64,000 bases of DNA, from the NCBI RefSeq assembly GCF_009914755.1, contig NC_060932.1, one strand, 5' to 3'. Shown here piece after piece: positions 57,095 through 64,000 of the stretch; position 1 is the first letter of the stretch, and every line of letters begins with the position of its first letter. This stretch comes from the human T2T-CHM13v2.0 reference genome, Homo sapiens. The notes below the pieces were generated by a model. That model ran no database searches, was not told the origin of the DNA, and was given only the letters and a program-made list of their open reading frames with translations. Made by a program: the position numbers and the translations under genes.

Positions 57095-59000
57095 AAGAGT
57101 ATAACATGCTGCTGTCCTTCAGCCCCTCACAGTCCAGAGGACCTAATAATAGTCAGACAACATGATGTATGTTACTTGGCCTTGTGGGAGCACTTGACTC
57201 CACCTGGAGAGATTGGGGAAGGCCTTGGGAAGAGGTTATATTTAAACTGAGTTTTGAAGGTTGAGTAGGAATTAACTTGGAGAAGAGAGTGGGAAAGGAC
57301 ATTCTAGGCAGGAGGAATGATAAATCCACAAGCACTAAATTGGGAAAGAGCAAAGTGCCTTTGTGCGGCTGCTGCTGCTGAGCTTGGTAGGGTGCAGCGT
57401 GTGTGGTGGAGAGGAGGACATGGGCCAGGAGGGCCGGGGGCAGCCCCGCACCAGTGGTGCTGAGGGTTTCAGCTTTCAGTGTGGTTCACAGGGAATCACC
57501 AGTCAGTTGTACAGAAGCATGGGCGCTTTACATTTTAGAATGATCTTGCTAAAACCAGAAGATTTGCTGACGAAGATGAGACTAGCAGGAGACTGTGCCA
57601 TGCAGACATGGAATCCTGATGACCACCCAGACTTAAGGGAGAACATAGAGGAACCAAGTCAGGAAAGGACAGACGAGGGAAGAATGGTCAGTGACAAGAT
57701 ATAACAGAGAGTAGTGGTGTAGTAGCAAAGGGTTTCCCCAACTTTGGTTTTTGAAAAACTTCTAATCCACAGAAAAGTTAAATGAATAATACAGTGCACA
57801 CCTGCTTATCATTCACCTAGAACTAACAGTTGCTAACACTTTGTCACTTTTGCTTTAATCTGTTGCTGTCATTGCCCTCCTAAAGGAAGCAAGGGTGGCC
57901 ATGGAGATATTTTGGCAAGAACTCTGAGGGCAGAGACAGCCTGTGCAAAGTCCCTGAGGTAGAAGGATGTGTAGCTTGTTGTCTGCTGGTAAGGAATTGA
58001 TGTGGCTGAAGTGAGAGAAAGGGGGGGAATTATAGAAGTGTTAGGGAGGTAGCAGAGGTCCATATGATTGAGGGCCTTGCAGGCCATGGTGAGGTGAGGA
58101 CTTTAGATTTTTCTGTGAGGGAGATGGGAAGGTACTGGAGATCTTTAAGAGAAACGTGATGCGATCTGATTTGCATTTTGAAAGAATTGCTCAGACTGTG
58201 TAGCAGTTTAACCAGGGTAGACGGTAGGGCTAGCAACAGGAGGTCAGGTAGAGAGGTGACTGCTGTAGTCCAGGCAGGGTCTGATGTCACCTGAATAAGG
58301 ATAGCAGTGGGGACAGGCCACTAGGAGTGTGTCCTTTGTCTACATTGAAGGTGGAGGCAGCGTGATTTACAGAATGGATTAGAGGTGATTCAAATGTAAG
58401 ACTAAGTGAAGGGTCAAGGGTGACTCAAGTTTTTGGCTTCTGCTACTGGTGCAGTAACAGTTTGTGGAGAAATCAAGAACCTGTTTTGGAATGCCTTAAA
58501 TTTGAGGTGCCTGCTGGGATATCTGCATGGGTATATGGACTAGACAGCTGGATAGAGAAGTCTAGAGTTGAAGGAAGTGGTGTGGACTGGAGAAAGGACT
58601 TTAAGAATCATTGACATATAGGTAGTATTTAAAGCAATAGGTAGATTCTCTCGCTGGGAGAGAAAAAAGCACAGATAGAGTTGAGATCCAAACTCGGAGG
58701 CCTGGAGCGCCCCAGAAATTATAGGTCGAGAAGTTGACGAGAACCAGGAAGAGCCTGGAAGATAGGAGGAGAGAGGGCTGTCCTGCATGTCATGCGAAGA
58801 AGCGAGGAGTGAGCAGCTGTGACAGGTGCTGCTGATAGGTCAGGTGGGATGAGAAAGGAGAGCCTTGGAGGGCACCTTGGTGAGAGCAACTTTTGTGGAA
58901 TATTAGTGTGCAGTCAGAGCAAGTTCAAGAATGAATGAGAGGAGAGGAAGTGAAAACAGCAAATATTGTTGCTCTTTCAAGGATTCTGCTCTAAAGGGGA
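57095..59000 (-). mobile_element. Fragmented antisense L2 with an embedded L1M piece (about 57735-57860)
   Basis: tgtgcaaagtccctgaggtagaagg, gggccttgcaggccatggtgagg and gatctgatttgcattttgaaag are typical antisense L2. Confidence 0.7.
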
Positions 59001-62000
59001 GCAGTGCTGGAGGAAGATGTGTTGAGAGGCTCAGTAGATGCTTGAAGAAGTGAAGAAGGTGAGGTAGAAGGATGTGCAGCAGGAAGGAAGGTCAGGTAGG
59101 AGACAAATTCAAAAGTACGTTGGTAGGTCACTTTGGAGGAGATAGCTATTTAAATTAGTCCTTGAGGCAGACTTGTTTTAAATGACTGAAAGAATGTTGC
59201 TACAAGGGTGTTCTGTGTTAGAGTGACTGAAAGCCAGTGCAGAGCTTGCCTTGGCTGGTGCTCAGTGGCTGCCGAAGCTCATGGCACTCTGGTGGTGGAT
59301 ATCTGTGCTGTTGCAGCCACATGCTCAGCTGTGCTGGGAAGAATTTGGGTCCCCAGAGGCTTCCTGTCCTTAACTCCCTGAAGTCAATGCTGTCTCCCTG
59401 CCCAGCAGCTCTGTGCGGGACTCCTCACGGTGCTGGGACTCACTCTGAGTGACTGCTGGTTCTTGTCCTTTCTGCTTTCCCTTTCTTCTCCCCTCTCTCT
59501 TCGTGGTTTATTTGCTGTGGATCTAGGACTTCAGAGGTTCACAAACATGAATGAAGTTTTTATACTTAAGCATAATTATTCTGTGCACGGTGAACTGTCT
59601 AATAATTATTATTTTATGACATATATTCAGCATAGACTAAAGTTACTGCGAGAAAACCTCACAGATGTTAGTTAGGTATCTGAAATGAGATGGTATATTA
59701 TAGGTATGTTGTTCTGAAAGTTTTTTTATGGGAAAAGTAAATTGTATTTGAAGGTTTAGTTTAGATTTGTATTCTAGTATATTTTATTTTATTCTGGCAT
59801 TTCATAGTTTTTCAAATCAATTTTATTTTTCTGTGTGTATCTGAGAAACTTCCTTAATACTCCCCTCTGAAATCATTTTTACTTCCCCCACCCCGTCTTA
59901 CAAATACTTCATTCCTTACTCCATTTTCATTTTCGAAGTGTGGAGATAGTTATTATTGAAGCAGGACCAGAGCAGAGACCCCCAGATGGTCTGAGAGTTA
60001 GAAGAGACTTTATAGAGATCAGTTCATCCAATTCCATTCTAGATGAGGAAGTTGAGGCATCTTGAGTTGTTTTCCCATTTGATTATTATGATCAGAAACC
60101 AAACCTAATATTAAATCCTTCAAGGTTTACTATCCTTCCTTCTAACAACTTCTCTAAAAGGAGCCACTCACAGGCAGTGACTGGTGTACTTGGATGGGGT
60201 GGCTGCAGCCCTGCAATACCATGGGCTGCCCAGTGTTAGGGCCATCTGGGCCAGCACCGCTCAGACCCTGCCCTCCAACTTGTATTAGTTTGGTCCTTCC
60301 TCATTGAGATAAATTCGTTCTGCATGTTGTTTCCTGTTTGCCAGCTGTCCCTGGGGATTGTGGGGGTGGTGACAGATTCAAAAACCTGTGAGATTGCTCC
60401 TCAAGTAATTGCTATTTACATTTCTGAATTTGCTGTAGTAGAAACTGAAGAGAAAATCTTTAGGCTCTTGGTCAGTACTGGACTAGATATCAGACGACTA
60501 TTACATTTTGGTACTACAGAGTTCATTCAAATAATTTTGAATAATAACGTTAAGCTACCATGAAAAAAAAACCTGCACTCCTTTGTTTGCAATAATTCAT
60601 ACATAAATACTGCTAAAACACCCCATCTTATGTGACTAAGTACATTCTTATTCATCACCCCAAATTGTATTTTAAATGAGAATATCAGAACATTAAGTAT
60701 TTGTATTTTAGGCTGAAATGAAGATATTCTGTCATAAGTCATCTAAAGTAATATGTTTTCAAAGTAGGGATGAATCTTTGATATAAAGAAGTTGAAATAG
60801 AAAAAAACCTCAAGTATAAATCCTTTTGTAATAGCATCTCTGTAGCATTTTTCAAAGCGTTCAGGTATTTCCAAATAAACTCATGTTTAAGAACTCTAAC
60901 TAAGGCTGCTGAATAGATGCTAAGGCCAGGCTAAATCACACAGCCGTTTAAACTGAAACAGCTCAGTTCAGAGGGTACTGCTGTTTTATAACCATATTTA
61001 AAAATGTGTTCCTCTTTTACTCCCTCAAACTGGGTTCAGGGATATAATGGATCCCATTATAGGTAAAAGGTCTGTGACTCAGCCATCGAGCTACTCAAAC
61101 TCTTGGCTGTTTTAATTGCCACCATTAAAGCTTTAGTACTTTTATCTCATAAAAATAGATATCATTGATGTAAAATGTGTGCCTATTGAAGATACGTGTG
61201 TACCTCTGCCCTTATAGTTAGCTAATCAACCATTTGAGTTTAAAGTTAGTTAGGTTTTATGCAGATGGGAACATGACATAGATCACAGATTTGTTCAGGT
61301 TTAGTCATTTAATTAAGAAAAAAATTCCATGTAGTAGTAAGGGCAATATCTAACTAGAATGTCTTCCAAGATGAAACTTATTTTGTTTTGGTTTGCCTTT
61401 TAACTACATTTAATTGACGGAACGATGGTGAATTTTTACTAGTCTCTTTCTTGAAAGAGAATAGTGTTTTTTTTGTGATTCTAATACTGTGACTTCAGTG
61501 ATTCAAGGAAATACTTGAACCACTCTTCTGTCCCTATTTGACACATCTGTTTAAGTGTGGTAATTGGAGATGTTTCTCTGGTTGTATTTTGGTGTATACT
61601 TGTAGACAAAAATAAAGCCCTGCAAAGGGGAAAATACCAAAGTGTGAAGGAAACTTCAAGAACACACTGGAAACTAAATGTTAAGATGTGAAAAGCTAGT
61701 TCTTTCTGGGCTTTTTCTTCCAGTATTTGAGCATGTCACAGCCATTCATTATTCATATTGTGCTATGCAAACAAGGTGCAGTGACTCTAGAAGAGTTCTA
61801 AAATGAGTACATCTCAGGAAAGCTTAACTGCCTAACCACTGCGTACATACACATTGCTTTCTCTGTTGTGAAAATAAATTAGCAAATAATTGGTGGGACA
61901 GTTTATTAAGTTATTCTGTTCTGCAGTTGTAATTGAGGGATTGTATTCAGATAAGAGAGAAAATCTGACTGTAAAAGGGACTCAAATCTGAACAGTTCTA

Positions 62001-62634
62001 AAACTAAAACCTACTCACACAAAACATTTATGAGCTGATATACATAACCAGGCTTCTATTCTTGCCCAGCTGTGTAGATTCAATTATAATAATTTTCTCA
62101 CTTGCACAACACTGCTGTTTGTTTATTATTGCGTTATTAGTTAGTGAATGAACCTCCCTCTTTTTGACCCCTCAGCAGTGTTTATAAAACACTTAATTGC
62201 TTTGGTGTCTTCTGTTTCATGTGTAGTTCCAGCTGGAAGGAGTCATGGGGACACAGTCCCCTCTAAGTGTTAAACTGACTGTTTGTAATATGCAGCAAAC
62301 TTTCTTTCCAAGTAAGTATCAGGAACCTTTAATATTGCTTATAACACAGCTGCTTAGATTTTTTTGCTTGAAAATGCAGAGGTTTTTAATTTTTTTTTCT
62401 TTTTTAATCTCCCTGTGATGATTTACATGGTAGTTAACTATCTAACTTGTTAGACTCTAGCTTTTTAAAATGCTCTTTTGCTTATCGTAGGCACTCCCTT
62501 TATCTCACCTGGACTCTTCCTGTCTGAACGGGTCCTACCTCTGCCCAGCTGTTACCTTACACCAAGTTCTCTTTGCCATTACATCTTCCACTTCTTTGGA
62601 GAAACTTAAGCAGAATTGTGTGAGCAACAACGAT

Positions 62635-62835
62635 TAGGTAGTAGGCATAATGTTTGAGAATGTGGGCTTTGCCAGAGGTTGCCTGGTTTGAATCTTGATT
62701 CTTCTTATAACCAGCTTTTTGTGATGTGCAGCAAATTTCTTAACCTCTTTGAATGCCTTCATTTCCCCATCTGTAAAATGGTGATAACTTCACTGGTTGT
62801 CTGGAACAGTGCTGGGCACAGAGGTGCTCAGTGAT
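62635..62835 (+). mobile_element. MIR SINE
   Basis: cttaacctctttgaatgccttcatttccccatctgtaaaatgg core. Confidence 0.75.
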
Positions 62836-62981
62836 ATCACAGCAGTGGCCTCTTTACAAAGGCTTAATGAAGGAAGTCCTGCTGTGCTGTCTTTATGTGA
62901 AAGGATAAATATCTCACTAGGAAAGGGGAATCCTAGGTAGAAAAACAATTTCAGATGAGAGTTGCAGAAGATTTTAAAGTA

Positions 62982-63798
62982 TACATTAGTTATTTATTGT
63001 TATGTGACACTTTACAGGTTGACTATCTCTCATTCAAAATGCTTGGATTGAGAAGTGCTTTGGATTTCAGATTTGTTTCAGATTTTGGAATATTTGCATT
63101 ATGCTTATTTGTTGATCATCCCTAATTTGAATATCTGAAATTGAAAATGCTCCATTGAGCATATCCTTTGAGTGGTATTTCAGTACTCATTAAGTTTCAG
63201 ATTTCAGAGCATTTAGATTTCAGATTTTTAGATTAGGGATACTCACTCTGTACCACAAACTTTATGGCTTAAAACAATATCTATTTCCTCTCTCAGTTTC
63301 CGTAGATCAGAGTTTGGGCATGGTTTAGCTGGGTCCTCTACTCGAGCCTCACAAGGCTGTAGTCAGACGTCATTAGGACTGTGTTCTCATCTTGACTGTT
63401 CCACAGAACAGTCCATGTTCAGATTCATTCAGGTTGTCCACAGAATTCATTTCCTATGCTATATGACTTGGGTGGGGGGCTTCAGTAATTGCTGGCTGTT
63501 GCCTGGGGCCACCTTCAGCTCCTGAAGTCTGCCTGAAGTTCTGCACCATGTTGGGTTCCCTGGCAACGTAGAGTTCCCACCCTCAAGAAGGGTCCCCACC
63601 CTCTTTAAAAGTGTCCCCCAGTCAGACCTAGCCAGAATAATTGCCCTTTAAGTAACTCTAAACCAATTGATTTGGAAATCTTGATTACACGTGAAATCCT
63701 TTTACCTTCGCTGTATTCTGTTGGCTTGAGGGTCGCAGGTCCCTCCATAGTCAGAAGATAGAGATAATGGGGCCATCTTGGAATTCTGCCTCCCCACA
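62982..63798 (-). mobile_element. MLT1-type MaLR LTR interrupted by Tigger4a
   Basis: attagttatttattg...[insertion]...ccacaaactttatggcttaaaacaa...ggggccatcttggaattctgcct. Confidence 0.75.
63015..63250. mobile_element. Tigger4a (MER46A/Zombi-like) MITE
   Basis: 236 bp; TIRs CAGGTTGACTATC...GATACTCACTCTG; TA dinucleotide on both sides. Confidence 0.85.
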
Positions 63799-64000
63799 AG
63801 ATGTACGTGAGTTTTTATAGGACAAGAGTAGTCTGTCATTAAGCAATTATTGAAAACTAAATTTGCCAGACTCTCAATCTTTGAATCCTGGAGAACTTGC
63901 CTAGAGTGTGTAAATTAACTTTATCACTATGCTCCTTATAAATTGATTTTTTTTCCCTTCAAAAATTGTTTTGTTCCCAATTCTGCACAAACCCCTGGGA

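Noticed and set aside
56694-57250. His/Thr- or Cys/Val-rich ORFs
   Set aside because: Translations of the CA/TA microsatellite.

Overview
Primate (most probably human) genomic DNA lying inside the CHD7 gene on the + strand. It covers about 33 kb of the large first intron, the 1,839-nt exon 2 (32998-34836) and about 29 kb of intron 2. Exon 2 holds 174 nt of 5'UTR, the start ATG at 33172 and codons 1-555 of the low-complexity Q/P/S/G/H/M-rich N-terminus. No other protein-coding exon, RNA gene or CRISPR-type array is supported; the other ORFs in the track are Alu, L1, Tigger, microsatellite or GC-rich artefacts. The introns carry many Alus, a young 5'-truncated L1PA, L2/MIR/L1M relics, Tigger, MER44 and Charlie-type DNA transposons and MaLR LTRs, several nested with clear target-site duplications (TSDs). 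The most notable observations are: three chained mini-uORFs in all three frames before the CHD7 ATG; an exon length divisible by 3 that predicts a back-spliced circRNA protein ending DLYPDFA; an intron read-through tail ending in a CaaX-like CIAM; an intronic CpG island with ETS/YY1 promoter architecture; a perfect 18-bp hairpin; and two dispersed non-transposon duplications. Repeat subfamily names were assigned by eye from remembered consensus sequences and need RepeatMasker confirmation.
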